Below are positions 1 to 9,320 of a stretch of DNA of 32,000 nucleotides, one piece after another. The position numbers and the translations under genes were made by a program. Where the stretch lies: the NCBI RefSeq assembly GCF_000734015.1, contig NZ_CP008796.1, positions 510,001-542,000 on the forward strand. Direction: 5' to 3'. The DNA is from Thermodesulfobacterium commune DSM 2178 (GTDB lineage Bacteria > Desulfobacterota > Thermodesulfobacteria > Thermodesulfobacteriales > Thermodesulfobacteriaceae). How positions within the stretch are numbered: the first letter of the stretch is position 1; every line of letters starts with the position of its first letter. The notes under the pieces are model-generated. The model was not told where the DNA came from. It made no database searches and was given only the letters and a program-made list of their open reading frames with translations.

Positions 1-260
1 CTTGCGGTAATCATCGCTGTAATAGCGATGATTACTGAGGCTACTACATCAACCTCTCCATGCATTCCGTAAGTGATAGCACCTACAAGTCCTGTAAACA
101 CCAAAGCCCAAAGGCTGGTTCCATGAGCCTGATGTTGAGAAAGCTTTAATACCCCTACCATAAGGGGAATCATCACCACTCCACCACCTAATCCAACCAG
201 GCCTCCAAAACATCCTGCTAAAATTCCTATCCAAACTGCATGAAAAATTTCTTTTTTCAT
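1..260 (-). CDS. TauE/SafE (DUF81) family membrane permease, N-terminal part; the gene runs off the left edge
   Basis: Absent from the ORF track because it is open at the window edge. From ATG at 260-258 the reverse strand reads MKKEIFHAVWIGILAGCFGGLVGLGGGVVMIPLMVGVLKLSQHQAHGTSLWALVFTGLVGAITYGMHGEVDVVASVIIAITAMITA.. with no stop down to position 1. The GLGGG..P.L loop and AHGTS motif are typical of TauE/SafE permeases. A G6 run lies 4 nt upstream of the ATG. Confidence 0.75.
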   Translation of the reverse strand, partial: MKKEIFHAVWIGILAGCFGGLVGLGGGVVMIPLMVGVLKLSQHQAHGTSLWALVFTGLVGAITYGMHGEVDVVASVIIAITAMITA

Positions 261-273
261 AATTCCCCCCTTT

Positions 274-1449
274 TTATTTTTCTATATAAAGTCCTACTCC
301 TTTTAAATAAAAGGTTTCTTCTACAAAAGGGTTGATAGGATGGTCTTTTGCCTGAATCCCTTTAAAAATAATCTTTCCGTCAACCTGTAGTCTTTTAAGA
401 GAGGTTTTAATAAAATTCAAAAGCCTTTCAAACTTTAAAAAATGGGAACAAGAAAATCCGAAGAAAAATCCTCTTTCCAGGGCTTTAAGGCCTAAAAAAT
501 AAAGGGTTTCATATTTTTTTTCACCTTCTAAAACATGTTTATGAGACTTTATAAAGGCTGGAGGATCAAGGATTATCATGTCTACCTTAGGAGGATTCTT
601 TAATATATGAAAAACGTCTCCTTGAAGAGTTATAACTTTCTCCTTCCAGTGGTTAATCTTAGCTATTTCTTCTACTAACAAGAGAGCGTTGGCAGAACGG
701 TCTATAAAAAAAACTCTGTCAGCACCACTCTTTAAACAGTAAAATCCAAAACCTCCGATATAAGAAAATCCATCTATAACCTGCAATCCTTTAGAAAACC
801 TGGCAATAGCCCTACGGTTTTCTCTTTGGTCTAAAAAAAATCCCGTTTTTTGTCCGGTGATAACAGGCACCAAAAACTTTATTCCGTCCATGGTGACTAA
901 AATCGGATCTTCTACGTTCCCATAGACTACCTTTGTATAAAGAGGAAGCCCTTCTTCTTGTCTTTTTGTGTGATCGTTTTTTAAGACGATAGCTTGAGGA
1001 GTAAACAACACCTTCAAAGCTTCGATTACAAAATCTACAAGTCTTTCCATCCCAAGTGTATGAATTTGGACCACCACTACTTTTTCAAAAATATCTACTA
1101 TTAATCCAGGTATAAAATCACCTTCAGAAAACACTAAACGAAAACAGCCTTCACCTGGATAAAAAGATTTTCTAAGTTTTAAGGCTTTAGTAAAGGCTTC
1201 TAAAAAAAATTTTTCATCTATCTTTTGTTCTTCTCTTGAAAGTAGCTTTAAGCAGTAAAAAGATTGTGGATTAAAATATCCTATCCCTAAAAAATGATTT
1301 TCTTCAGATAAAATAGTTACCAAGTCTCCAGGGGCAATTTTTTCAGATGTTTTCTTAAAATCTTTAATTTCCTTTTGGGTAAACCAGAGATGCCTTTGTA
1401 GATAGGTTTGTAGCCCTTTTTTATTTAGAACAACTGGAGGATATAGCAT
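274..1449 (-). CDS. rlmI: Class I SAM-dependent rRNA (m5C) methyltransferase, RlmI/YwbD family
   Basis: 391-aa ORF with a PUA-like N-terminus. It has a G-rich SAM loop (VIDGFSYIGGFGFY), a DPPAF motif (MIILDPPAFIKS) and a following FSCSH cysteine motif. Its start overlaps the upstream gene by 29 nt. Confidence 0.75.
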   Translation of the reverse strand: MLYPPVVLNKKGLQTYLQRHLWFTQKEIKDFKKTSEKIAPGDLVTILSEENHFLGIGYFNPQSFYCLKLLSREEQKIDEKFFLEAFTKALKLRKSFYPGEGCFRLVFSEGDFIPGLIVDIFEKVVVVQIHTLGMERLVDFVIEALKVLFTPQAIVLKNDHTKRQEEGLPLYTKVVYGNVEDPILVTMDGIKFLVPVITGQKTGFFLDQRENRRAIARFSKGLQVIDGFSYIGGFGFYCLKSGADRVFFIDRSANALLLVEEIAKINHWKEKVITLQGDVFHILKNPPKVDMIILDPPAFIKSHKHVLEGEKKYETLYFLGLKALERGFFFGFSCSHFLKFERLLNFIKTSLKRLQVDGKIIFKGIQAKDHPINPFVEETFYLKGVGLYIEK

Positions 1450-2299
1450 TTTGGTAAATTCCTTTTTCTAAATATATTGCCTTATGAGGACAAATTTTTA
1501 CACAATTTAAACAGCGAATACATTCAACAGAATTTATTTCTTCTAAAGGATTAAGTCCAACAGGGCAGATTTTTTCGCAAGCCTTACAATGGGTGCACCT
1601 GTTAAGGTTTACGTTTAGCCTTAAAAAGCTAACCTTATTAAACAGTCCGTATATCAAGCCAAGGGGGCATACATTCTTGCAAAAAAATCTATAATCTATT
1701 ACAACAAAAAAAACAAACACCAACAAGATAGCGCTTTTCAGATAAAAAAGTTTTCCTATATAATCCCAAAGTTCTGAACTGATAATAATATTTAAATAGC
1801 CAGCTTCTAAAGTTCCTGCTGGACAAAGATACTTGCAAAATCCTAAAATTCCATAACCTATTTCATCTCCCAAAAAAAGAGGTATAAAAAACACCAATCC
1901 TATAAGCATCAAATGCTTGAGGTATTTTTGAGATCTTTTAGGGAGGGAGAGTCTTATTTTGAAGAAAGGAATTTTATAAATAAGGTCCTGAAACAAACCA
2001 AAAGGACAAACCCATCCGCAGATAAACCTTCCTAAGGTTAAACCAAAAATCAAAAAAAATCCTAATACATATAAAAAAGGACCTAACAAAACCTGCCAAT
2101 TTAAGACCCTTGAAGCACTTAACAGGTTTTGCAAAACCCCTAAAGGACAGGAAAAGAGACTTGCAGGGCAGGAATAACAGTTTAATCCAGGGGCACAAAG
2201 TCCTTTTAGAGGGCCTGTGTATAGGTTTTTGGTGAAAGGAAAACCTAAATATCCATTATGTAAAAAAAAAGAAATAGACTGTACCACCCTTCTTTTCAT
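1421..2299 (-). CDS. Membrane-bound 4Fe-4S polyferredoxin, NapH/MauN-like
   Basis: Cys-Pro motifs sit between hydrophobic segments (CYSCPASLFSCPLG, CPFGLFQD, CPAGT, CPLGL). Two C-terminal ferredoxin motifs are present (CTHCKACEKICP, CIRCLNCVKICP). The ORF track begins at GTG 2326. I prefer ATG 2299 (MKRRVVQ..) because it overlaps the stop of the upstream small ORF as ATGA. Confidence 0.8.
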   Translation of the reverse strand: MKRRVVQSISFFLHNGYLGFPFTKNLYTGPLKGLCAPGLNCYSCPASLFSCPLGVLQNLLSASRVLNWQVLLGPFLYVLGFFLIFGLTLGRFICGWVCPFGLFQDLIYKIPFFKIRLSLPKRSQKYLKHLMLIGLVFFIPLFLGDEIGYGILGFCKYLCPAGTLEAGYLNIIISSELWDYIGKLFYLKSAILLVFVFFVVIDYRFFCKNVCPLGLIYGLFNKVSFLRLNVNLNRCTHCKACEKICPVGLNPLEEINSVECIRCLNCVKICPHKAIYLEKGIYQNAISSSCSK

Positions 2300-2433
2300 T
2301 CTTCTAATCCCATACAGGAAAGACACAGCAAAGAACCTCTGGAATAAACAAAATCATAGCCGTTAAGTTTAAGACCCGAGAAAATTAACATCCCAAAGAC
2401 GATTAAAAAAAACAAAATTTTCCACCCATTCAT
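2296..2433 (-). CDS. Candidate 45-aa membrane peptide with C-terminal CxxC (below the ORF-track size cutoff)
   Basis: ATG at 2433 lies 6 nt after the glmM stop, with AAGGA just upstream. Translation: MNGWKILFFLIVFGMLIFSGLKLNGYDFVYSRGSLLCLSCMGLEE. It has one hydrophobic helix followed by CLSC. Its TGA (2298-2296) overlaps ATG 2299 of the polyferredoxin as ATGA. Confidence 0.45.
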   Translation of the reverse strand: MNGWKILFFLIVFGMLIFSGLKLNGYDFVYSRGSLLCLSCMGLEE

Positions 2434-2439
2434 CTGTCC

Positions 2440-3798
2440 TTATCCCAACTTTTTCTGGAGAAAGGCTTTGAGGTCTTCGCTAATTTCCTCCACCAACTCT
2501 GGATTTTCTCCTTCTACCATAATTCGGTACTTAGGCTCGGTACCAGAAGGTCTTATGATTACCCTTCCCTTTTTCCCTAATCTCTTTTCTGCCTGACTAA
2601 TTTTTTCTTCTATACCTTCGATTTCAACCAAAGGTACTTTTTTGTTTACTTTTAGGTTTTTGATAACTTGTGGGAGTTTTTCAAAAAGTTTAGCCAATTC
2701 AGAAAGAGGTTTTTGTTTCTCCTTGATTAAAGAGATAAGCCTTAAACCTGTCAAAAGTCCATCTCCTGTGGTAGCTTTATCTAAAAAGATAATATGACCT
2801 GAAGTTTCTCCGCCTAAAAGAGAGTTTATTTCCTTCATTTTCATCACTACATATCTGTCTCCTACAGGAGTTCTTAAAAAAGTTATCCCTTGATCTTTAA
2901 AAAAAAGTTCTAATCCAAGGTTACTCATGATTGTGCCTACCACCGTTTGGTTGGTAAGTTGTCCTTTTTCTTTAAGGTCTTTGGCAAAGATGGCTAAAAG
3001 ATCGTCTCCATCTAAAAGATTACCCTTTTCGTCTACCACCACAATCCGGTCTCCGTCTCCATCAAGTGCTATCCCTAAATGTGCCTGAGTTTCTAATACT
3101 TTTTTTCGAAGATTTTCAGGATAGAGGGCTCCACAATTTTCATTGATGTTTGTTCCGTTAGGACTGCAGCCTATTGGAATCACCTCTGCTCCAAGTTCCT
3201 CTAATACCTGAGGTCCTACTTGATAACAAGCTCCGTTGGCACAATCTATTACTACTTTTAATCCTTCGAAATTAATGTTTATTGGTACAACAGACTTTAG
3301 GTGTACTACATACCTTCCTATGGCATCCTTTATCCTAAAGACTTTTCCTAAGGCATCTCTATAGACTCTTACTTCTTTAAAACTTTCATCAAAAATTAGT
3401 TCTTCTATTTTAGCCTCTGTCTCATCAGAAAGTTTAAAACCATCTTTACCAAAGATTTTAATCCCGTTATCGTAGTAAGGATTATGGGAAGCGGAAATCA
3501 TGATACCTACATCTGCCCTCAAATCCTTGGTTAAAAAGGCAATCCCAGGAGTAGGAATAGGTCCTACTAACAAACTATACCCTCCCATAGAACAAAGACC
3601 AGCAACCAGGGAAGACTCAAAAATATATCCTGACAACCTGGTATCCTTACCTATAACCACCTTGGTAATATGATGATTTTGATTTTTAAACAAAAATCCT
3701 ATGGCTCTGCCTATCTGCAAGGCTATTTCTGGAAGCATCGGAAAAACATTAGCTTCTCCTCTTATCCCGTCTGTACCAAAAAGTTTCTTATCTTCCAT
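2440..3798 (-). CDS. glmM: Phosphoglucosamine mutase
   Basis: 452 aa. Motifs: N-terminal GTDGIRG, phosphoserine loop SASHNP, Mg site DGDGDR, and a GEtSGH sugar loop. It sits in the conserved position after cdaA-cdaR. Confidence 0.95.
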   Translation of the reverse strand: MEDKKLFGTDGIRGEANVFPMLPEIALQIGRAIGFLFKNQNHHITKVVIGKDTRLSGYIFESSLVAGLCSMGGYSLLVGPIPTPGIAFLTKDLRADVGIMISASHNPYYDNGIKIFGKDGFKLSDETEAKIEELIFDESFKEVRVYRDALGKVFRIKDAIGRYVVHLKSVVPININFEGLKVVIDCANGACYQVGPQVLEELGAEVIPIGCSPNGTNINENCGALYPENLRKKVLETQAHLGIALDGDGDRIVVVDEKGNLLDGDDLLAIFAKDLKEKGQLTNQTVVGTIMSNLGLELFFKDQGITFLRTPVGDRYVVMKMKEINSLLGGETSGHIIFLDKATTGDGLLTGLRLISLIKEKQKPLSELAKLFEKLPQVIKNLKVNKKVPLVEIEGIEEKISQAEKRLGKKGRVIIRPSGTEPKYRIMVEGENPELVEEISEDLKAFLQKKLG

Positions 3799-3804
3799 GG
3801 TTTT

Positions 3805-4434
3805 TTACCTCTTTTTTTCTTCATAGTATACTTTCACTTTTTCTGTATCCATAGAAATAATACCTAAAGGCGGCATTAAATCAACCTCTAAGGATCCGGT
3901 TAATTTTAGTTTTAAAAAGTCTATAGGTTCTGTATTAATTTCTTGAATATTTAAAAGAACCTCTATCGGGGCTTTGATTAGTACATATTTAGGAAAGACC
4001 TTTATTTTACCTCGAGTATGGTAAAAACTTTCTTCTTTTAAAACTGGCCTTACAGGGACTTTTTTAGTACCTATTTTTTTAATTATCAAAGTTAGAAATG
4101 TAGGGTTTATTTCTTTTACTTTTATCCCAGAAGGCAGATTTATCTTTTCTATCGGCACCCTTATCTGATGAACACCTGGAGTTAAATTTTTAAAATCAAT
4201 TTCTAACTTAAGGTCTTTTTCATTAACGTTTCTTAAAAGATTTCTTATAGTTTGAATTTTTATCACTACAGTAGAAGGAGTTACTTCTACTATATAGTTA
4301 GAATTAGGTAGTTTATAGAACACAGGAATTTCTAACGTCTTTTCTATAGACCTTCCCCAAACTACAAAGTACCATAAAGTAACAGCCATCAAAAAAGAAA
4401 GAATTTTTAGTCTATGTTCCCTTTTGAATTTCAT
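3805..4434 (-). CDS. cdaR: YbbR-domain protein, CdaA regulator (CdaR)
   Basis: One N-terminal TM helix (ILSFLMAVTLWYFVV) followed by beta-rich YbbR-like repeats. It lies between cdaA and glmM. ATG 4434 (MKFKREH..) is preferred over the TTG at 4470 used by the ORF track. It overlaps the cdaA end by 23 nt. Confidence 0.75.
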   Translation of the reverse strand: MKFKREHRLKILSFLMAVTLWYFVVWGRSIEKTLEIPVFYKLPNSNYIVEVTPSTVVIKIQTIRNLLRNVNEKDLKLEIDFKNLTPGVHQIRVPIEKINLPSGIKVKEINPTFLTLIIKKIGTKKVPVRPVLKEESFYHTRGKIKVFPKYVLIKAPIEVLLNIQEINTEPIDFLKLKLTGSLEVDLMPPLGIISMDTEKVKVYYEEKKR

Positions 4435-5233
4435 AGGTAATCCTTGTCCACCAAGGTGCTTTAGACTCAAAACCTAAAAGTTGGGACAGCATTTTTCTTA
4501 AAGTAGCAGGGGTTACATCTCTGGTAATCTTACCACTAACTGCCAGAGAAATATAACCTTTTTCTTCAGAAACCACTATGGCTACAGCATCGGTGATTTC
4601 TGTAATTCCAATAGCTGCCCTGTGCCTGGTCCCAAGGTCTTTGGCTATATCAGGGTTGGTAGAAAGTGGTAACACCACCCCTGCAGCTACGATTTTTCCT
4701 TTACTGATAACCACTGCCCCATCATGAAGAGGACTTTTCGGATTAAAGATACTTACCAGTAACTCCTCACTGATTTTTGAATCTAACATTACCGCCCCTT
4801 CCAGAAAATCTTTTAAACTTATTTCTCTTTCAAACACTATCAAGGCCCCTATCTTTTTTTCAGCAAGTTGAGTAACAGCTTTAACTACCTCTTCTATACC
4901 ATAAGAGTATTCTGTCTGGAACTTAGTAAAAGGATGTTTCCCTATCTGGGCTAAGGCTTTTCTTATATCATCCTGAAACACTATGATAATCAAAATTAAG
5001 ATAGAAGACATAAAGGTGTTTAAAATCCAGTTCAGAGTTAATAATTGTAAGGCATCTGAAACGAAATATAATAGAACTACCACCGATAAACCTGCAGCCA
5101 TTTGAAGAGCTCTACTACCCTGGATAAGCAAAAGAATTCTATAAATCAAAAAACTAACCACAAAGATGTCTACCACATCTTTCCAGGTTATAGAGTTAAA
5201 TATTTCATTAATTCTTAAAATATTAAATTCCAA
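4412..5233 (-). CDS. cdaA: Diadenylate cyclase (c-di-AMP synthase) CdaA/DacA
   Basis: 273 aa. Three N-terminal TM helices and a DAC domain with the DGAVVI and GTRHRAA motifs. Confidence 0.92.
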   Translation of the reverse strand: MEFNILRINEIFNSITWKDVVDIFVVSFLIYRILLLIQGSRALQMAAGLSVVVLLYFVSDALQLLTLNWILNTFMSSILILIIIVFQDDIRKALAQIGKHPFTKFQTEYSYGIEEVVKAVTQLAEKKIGALIVFEREISLKDFLEGAVMLDSKISEELLVSIFNPKSPLHDGAVVISKGKIVAAGVVLPLSTNPDIAKDLGTRHRAAIGITEITDAVAIVVSEEKGYISLAVSGKITRDVTPATLRKMLSQLLGFESKAPWWTRITYEIQKGT

Positions 5234-5238
5234 AACTT

Positions 5239-6093
5239 TTATCCCCCTTTTTGTTGCGTTAAAAATTTAAACATTATAACAGCATCTTTATTAAGGTCTA
5301 CTCGATGAACCCTCAAAAAATGAACTCCCCTTAACGAAGCCCAAACAGAAAAACCGATTGTCCCTCCCTCTCTGTCCAAAGGATTAGGTTTATTAAGAAC
5401 CTTTCCTATAAAACTTTTTCTTGAGTGCCCTAAAAGAACAGGCCTTCCTAAACTGTAAAATTCGTCTAATCTTTTTAAAATTTCTAAGTTATGTTCAAAG
5501 GTTTTACCAAAACCTAACCCAGGATCTACGATGATCTTTTCTACAGAAATTCCCTTTTTTACTAAAAATTCTATCCGGTTTTGCAAAAATTCTTTTACTT
5601 CTTTTACTACATCTTTATACTGGGGGTTTTCTTGCATAGTTTTGGGAGTTCCTTTGATATGCATAATTACATATGGGCAATCAAAATCTTTTACTACCTC
5701 AACCATTCTTTGATCAAAACAACCTGCACTTATGTCATTTATCATCGAAGCTCCAGCTTTTAAAGCTTCCTCAGCTACTCTACTCTTATAAGTGTCTACT
5801 GAGATGACAACGTCTGGGAATTCTTCACGGATTGCCTTAACTACAGGTACAACCCTCTTTAGCTCTTCCTCTTCACTTACAGGCTCAGAAAAAGGTCTGG
5901 TTGATTCTCCCCCTATGTCTATGATGTCTGCTCCTTCTTCTATCAACTCTTTAGCCCTTAAAACCGCCTCTTTTAGACCAAAAAACTTCCCTCCATCTGA
6001 AAAAGAGTCAGGGGTTACGTTTAAAATTCCCATGAAATAAGGACAAGCTTGCCAATCAAAAATTTTAGAGCCTATTTTTAAAGGAGATAACAT
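5239..6093 (-). CDS. folP: Dihydropteroate synthase
   Basis: 284 aa. Motifs: GILNVTPDSFSDGG and DIGGESTRP. Confidence 0.92.
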   Translation of the reverse strand: MLSPLKIGSKIFDWQACPYFMGILNVTPDSFSDGGKFFGLKEAVLRAKELIEEGADIIDIGGESTRPFSEPVSEEEELKRVVPVVKAIREEFPDVVISVDTYKSRVAEEALKAGASMINDISAGCFDQRMVEVVKDFDCPYVIMHIKGTPKTMQENPQYKDVVKEVKEFLQNRIEFLVKKGISVEKIIVDPGLGFGKTFEHNLEILKRLDEFYSLGRPVLLGHSRKSFIGKVLNKPNPLDREGGTIGFSVWASLRGVHFLRVHRVDLNKDAVIMFKFLTQQKGG

Positions 6094-6096
6094 AAC

Positions 6097-7893
6097 CTAT
6101 TGATTTTGAGTTTCTAAAATAAGTTTAAACCTTTCAGCATCGATAGTCTCTTCTTCTAATAAAACCAGAGCAACTTTATGAAGATTGTTTATATAGGTAT
6201 GTATAATATCCTTAGCTTTCTGATAACAACGATTTACTATCTCTTTTATTTCTTCGTCAATAATCTTTGCTGTCTCCTCTGAATAATCTTTTATCTGTAA
6301 AAGCTCTTTTCCGAGAAAAATATGATCTTCTCCCCTTCCTAAAGCTAATGGACCTAATTTTTTACTCATTCCCCATTCACAAACCATTTTTTTTGCGATC
6401 TGGGTAGCTTTTTTTATATCATCTTGAGCCCCGGTGCTTATGGAATTAAAAACAACTTCTTCACTCACTCTTCCTCCTAAAAGAACGGTTATTTTTTTAA
6501 GCAAATAGTCTTCTGAATAAATGTGTCGATCATCTAAAGGCAGCTGTTGGGTTACTCCTAAAGCTTGTCCTCTGGGGATAATACTTATCTTATGGACTGG
6601 GTCAGGGTCAGGCAGATAATAAGCTACCAACGCATGTCCTGCTTCATGATAGGCTATAATCTTTTTTTCTTCTTCGCTTAACATAAAACCTTTTCTTTCC
6701 TTACCCATGAGAATTTTATCTTTAGCCTCTTCCAAATCTTCCTGTTCGATAAACTCTTTTCCTTTTTTAGCGGCAATAAGGGCTGCTTCGTTAAGCATAT
6801 TTTCTAAATTAGCTCCGGTAAATCCAGGGGTCGCTTTAGCGATAGACCTTAAATCTAAGCTTGGAGAAACCTTAAACTTACGAGCATAAAGTTTTAAGAT
6901 AGCCTCTCTTCCGTTTACGTCTGGAGGAGGTACAAAAACCTGTCTGTCAAATCTACCAGGTCTCAAAAGGGCTGGGTCTAAAATGTCAGGTCTGTTAGTA
7001 GCAGCAAGCACAACTATCCCTTCTGCTGTATCAAACCCATCCATCTCTACAAGTAGCTGGTTTAAAGTTTGTTCTCTTTCATCATGTCCACCACCTAATC
7101 CTGCCCCCCTCTGTCTACCAACGGCATCTATCTCGTCTATAAAGATGATACAAGGTGCATGGGCTTTGGCTTGAGAAAATAAATCTCTTACCCTCGCAGC
7201 TCCTACACCTACAAACATCTCTACAAAATCTGACCCACTGATACTAAAAAAAGGAACTCCTGCCTCTCCAGCTATGGCTTTAGCAAGAAGAGTTTTTCCT
7301 GTACCTGGAGGCCCTACCAACAAGATACCTTTGGGGATACGTGCCCCTAATTTGGTAAACTTTTGAGGATTTTTTAAAAACTCTACTACCTCCTGTAATT
7401 CTTCTTTAGCCTCCTCTATCCCAGCTACATCTTTAAAAGTTACTTTGGTTTCCCCTTCTTTTATTAGACGTGCCCTGCTTTTTACAAAACTAAAGGGTTT
7501 ATTCCCAGGCTGCATCTGTTTGATAAACAAAAACCAAAGTAGAATTAGCACAATGAAAGGAAGCCAGGACACAAGAAAGGTAGTAAACCAACTATGTTGA
7601 GAGTCTGGTTTAACTACAATTTTAACTCCCTTTTCTTTTAACAGGGGGATTAAATCTTTATCCTCTGGAATATAAGTAATTATTTCTTTAGAAGAAGAGA
7701 CTTTGGCAGAAACTTTTTGCCCTTCTATTAGTACCTCTTTTATTTCACCCTTTTCTACTTTTTCGAGAAACTCGGTATAACTGATGTTGTTAGAGGTGTA
7801 TAACGAAGTTTGATTATAAAAAAAGTTGTAAGCTAACAAAACCAGCAATCCAATAAAAAACCAAAGCAACAAAGTTTTTCCTTTTTGCCACAT
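6097..7893 (-). CDS. ftsH: ATP-dependent zinc metalloprotease FtsH
   Basis: 598 aa. Two TM helices, Walker A GPPGTGKT, Walker B IIFIDEID, and zinc motif HEAGHA. AAGGAGG lies upstream of the ATG. Confidence 0.97.
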   Translation of the reverse strand: MWQKGKTLLLWFFIGLLVLLAYNFFYNQTSLYTSNNISYTEFLEKVEKGEIKEVLIEGQKVSAKVSSSKEIITYIPEDKDLIPLLKEKGVKIVVKPDSQHSWFTTFLVSWLPFIVLILLWFLFIKQMQPGNKPFSFVKSRARLIKEGETKVTFKDVAGIEEAKEELQEVVEFLKNPQKFTKLGARIPKGILLVGPPGTGKTLLAKAIAGEAGVPFFSISGSDFVEMFVGVGAARVRDLFSQAKAHAPCIIFIDEIDAVGRQRGAGLGGGHDEREQTLNQLLVEMDGFDTAEGIVVLAATNRPDILDPALLRPGRFDRQVFVPPPDVNGREAILKLYARKFKVSPSLDLRSIAKATPGFTGANLENMLNEAALIAAKKGKEFIEQEDLEEAKDKILMGKERKGFMLSEEEKKIIAYHEAGHALVAYYLPDPDPVHKISIIPRGQALGVTQQLPLDDRHIYSEDYLLKKITVLLGGRVSEEVVFNSISTGAQDDIKKATQIAKKMVCEWGMSKKLGPLALGRGEDHIFLGKELLQIKDYSEETAKIIDEEIKEIVNRCYQKAKDIIHTYINNLHKVALVLLEEETIDAERFKLILETQNQ

Positions 7894-8065
7894 CTATCTG
7901 TGCCTCCTTTTTTCTATTTTTTAAATTTATTACAATTTTCTTGATTTTCAACGAAAAAAGTTTTACATCTATATAAACTCTCTATATAATTTAAGTTTCA
8001 AAGAGATTTTAACGACAATGTTTTAAGTAAAGGCCTGAATAGACCCTTAGTTGATGAAACCTCCC

Positions 8066-8094
8066 TTGTCTAAAACTCAAACTTAGATTATAAT
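8066..8094 (+). promoter_or_regulatory. Candidate sigma70-type promoter for lptA-lptB-rpoN (TTGTCT-17 nt-TATAAT)
   Basis: TTGTCT at 8066-8071, a 17-nt spacer, and TATAAT at 8089-8094. The -10 hexamer ends 7 nt before the lptA ATG (8102). No Shine-Dalgarno sequence lies in between. Confidence 0.45.
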
Positions 8095-8101
8095 CTTTAA
8101 C

Positions 8102-8575
8102 ATGGAAAAAGTAAACAGGATTTTACTCTCTTTATTAGGGATGTGGTTGATATTTTTAGGTATAAATACCTCAGGAGTGGCCTCTGAAGTAAACGTGACC
8201 GCCAATAAGATGGAGGTTATGGAAAGTGAAGGAATAGCGGTTTTTACAGGTAAGGTGCAAGCTACCCGAGGAGATATGAAAGTTTTTTCTGATAAGTTAT
8301 ATGTTTATTATGCTAATCAAGAAGAGAAGAAAAATGTAACCAAGGTGGTTGCTTTGGGAAGAGTAGTTATCTATAAAGGAAAATGGAAAGCCTATGCAGA
8401 AAAGGCGGTATACTATAAGGATCAAGAAAAGTTAGTTTTAGAGGATAATCCTAAAGTATGGTATGACAAAAATCTGATAGAGGGAGATATAGTAGTAATT
8501 TACTTCAATGAAGACAGGAGTGAGGTTTTGTCTAAAAACGAAGGAAGAGTAAGAGCCAAGTTCTACCTTAACTAA
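8102..8575 (+). CDS. lptA: LptA/OstA-N family periplasmic LPS-transport protein
   Basis: 157 aa. Signal-like N-terminus and a beta-jellyroll OstA-like sequence (ITANKMEV..GIAVFTGKV..GDMKVFSDKLYVYY). It lies immediately upstream of lptB. Confidence 0.75.
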   Translation: MEKVNRILLSLLGMWLIFLGINTSGVASEVNVTANKMEVMESEGIAVFTGKVQATRGDMKVFSDKLYVYYANQEEKKNVTKVVALGRVVIYKGKWKAYAEKAVYYKDQEKLVLEDNPKVWYDKNLIEGDIVVIYFNEDRSEVLSKNEGRVRAKFYLN

Positions 8576-8600
8576 AGCTTTTTATCTGGGTGTAATTATT

Positions 8601-9317
8601 ATGCTCAAAGCAAAAAATTTAAAAAAAAGTTTTAAAAAAAGAGAAGTAGTACATGGAGTTACCGTAGAGATAAAAAAGGGAGAGATGGTAGGTTTGCTTG
8701 GTCCTAACGGTGCAGGCAAAACTACCTCGTTTTATATGATTGCTGGTTTTCTTAAACCTGATTCAGGAGAGATATGGCTTTTTGACAAAAACATCACTGA
8801 TTACGATGTTTCGGAAAGAGCCAATCAAGGTATCATCTATCTTCCTCAGGAAAGTTCTGTTTTTAGAAAACTTACTGTTTATGAAAATTTTAAAATGGTA
8901 ATAGAACGTTTAGAAGCAAAACAAAAAGAAATAGAAGAAAAGCTTGATTTTTATATAGATCTTTTTAATTTAAGGGAAGTCCTTCATCAAAAGGCCTATA
9001 CCCTTTCTGGGGGACAAAAAAGGAAGGTAGAAATAGTCAGAGCCCTTTTGGTCGAGCCTTCCTTTATCCTTCTTGATGAGCCTTTTGCAGGGATTGACCC
9101 GATAGGAATTGACCAGTTAAAAAACATTTTTAAAACGTTAAGAGAACGCAATATCGGCCTTTTAATTTCTGACCATAACGTTAGAGAGACGTTAAAAATA
9201 TGTGATAGGGCTTACGTGATAGCTGACGGTCAAATCATCGGATCAGGGACCCCTCAACAAATCTTAGAAAACGAAACCGTTAGAGAAAAATATTTAGGCG
9301 AAAGGTTTAAACTTTAG
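8601..9317 (+). CDS. lptB: LPS export ABC transporter ATPase LptB
   Basis: 238 aa. Walker A GPNGAGKTT, signature LSGGQKRKVEI, Walker B LLDEPFAGIDP. It follows the lptA-lptB-rpoN synteny. Confidence 0.9.
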   Translation: MLKAKNLKKSFKKREVVHGVTVEIKKGEMVGLLGPNGAGKTTSFYMIAGFLKPDSGEIWLFDKNITDYDVSERANQGIIYLPQESSVFRKLTVYENFKMVIERLEAKQKEIEEKLDFYIDLFNLREVLHQKAYTLSGGQKRKVEIVRALLVEPSFILLDEPFAGIDPIGIDQLKNIFKTLRERNIGLLISDHNVRETLKICDRAYVIADGQIIGSGTPQQILENETVREKYLGERFKL

Positions 9318-9320
9318 AAA

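Noticed and set aside
49-234. 61-aa minus-strand ORF from the track (MDRNFSRMFWRPGW..)
   Set aside because: It is an off-frame shadow of the real TauE-like gene. That gene reads through the same DNA in another frame from ATG 260 with a typical membrane-protein sequence. The shadow is Trp/Arg/Gly-rich nonsense.
1974-2198. 74-aa minus-strand ORF overlapping the polyferredoxin gene
   Set aside because: It is an alternative frame of the same strand within a gene whose main frame carries multiple CxxCP and ferredoxin motifs.
3234-3252. TGGCAC..ATTAC sigma-54-like -24/-12 element
   Set aside because: It lies inside glmM on the non-coding strand, lacks the -12 GC (TTAC instead of TTGC), and has no downstream gene.
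5531-7174. Several 60-82-aa plus-strand ORFs within folP and ftsH
   Set aside because: All lie antisense to strongly supported housekeeping genes and give low-complexity translations.
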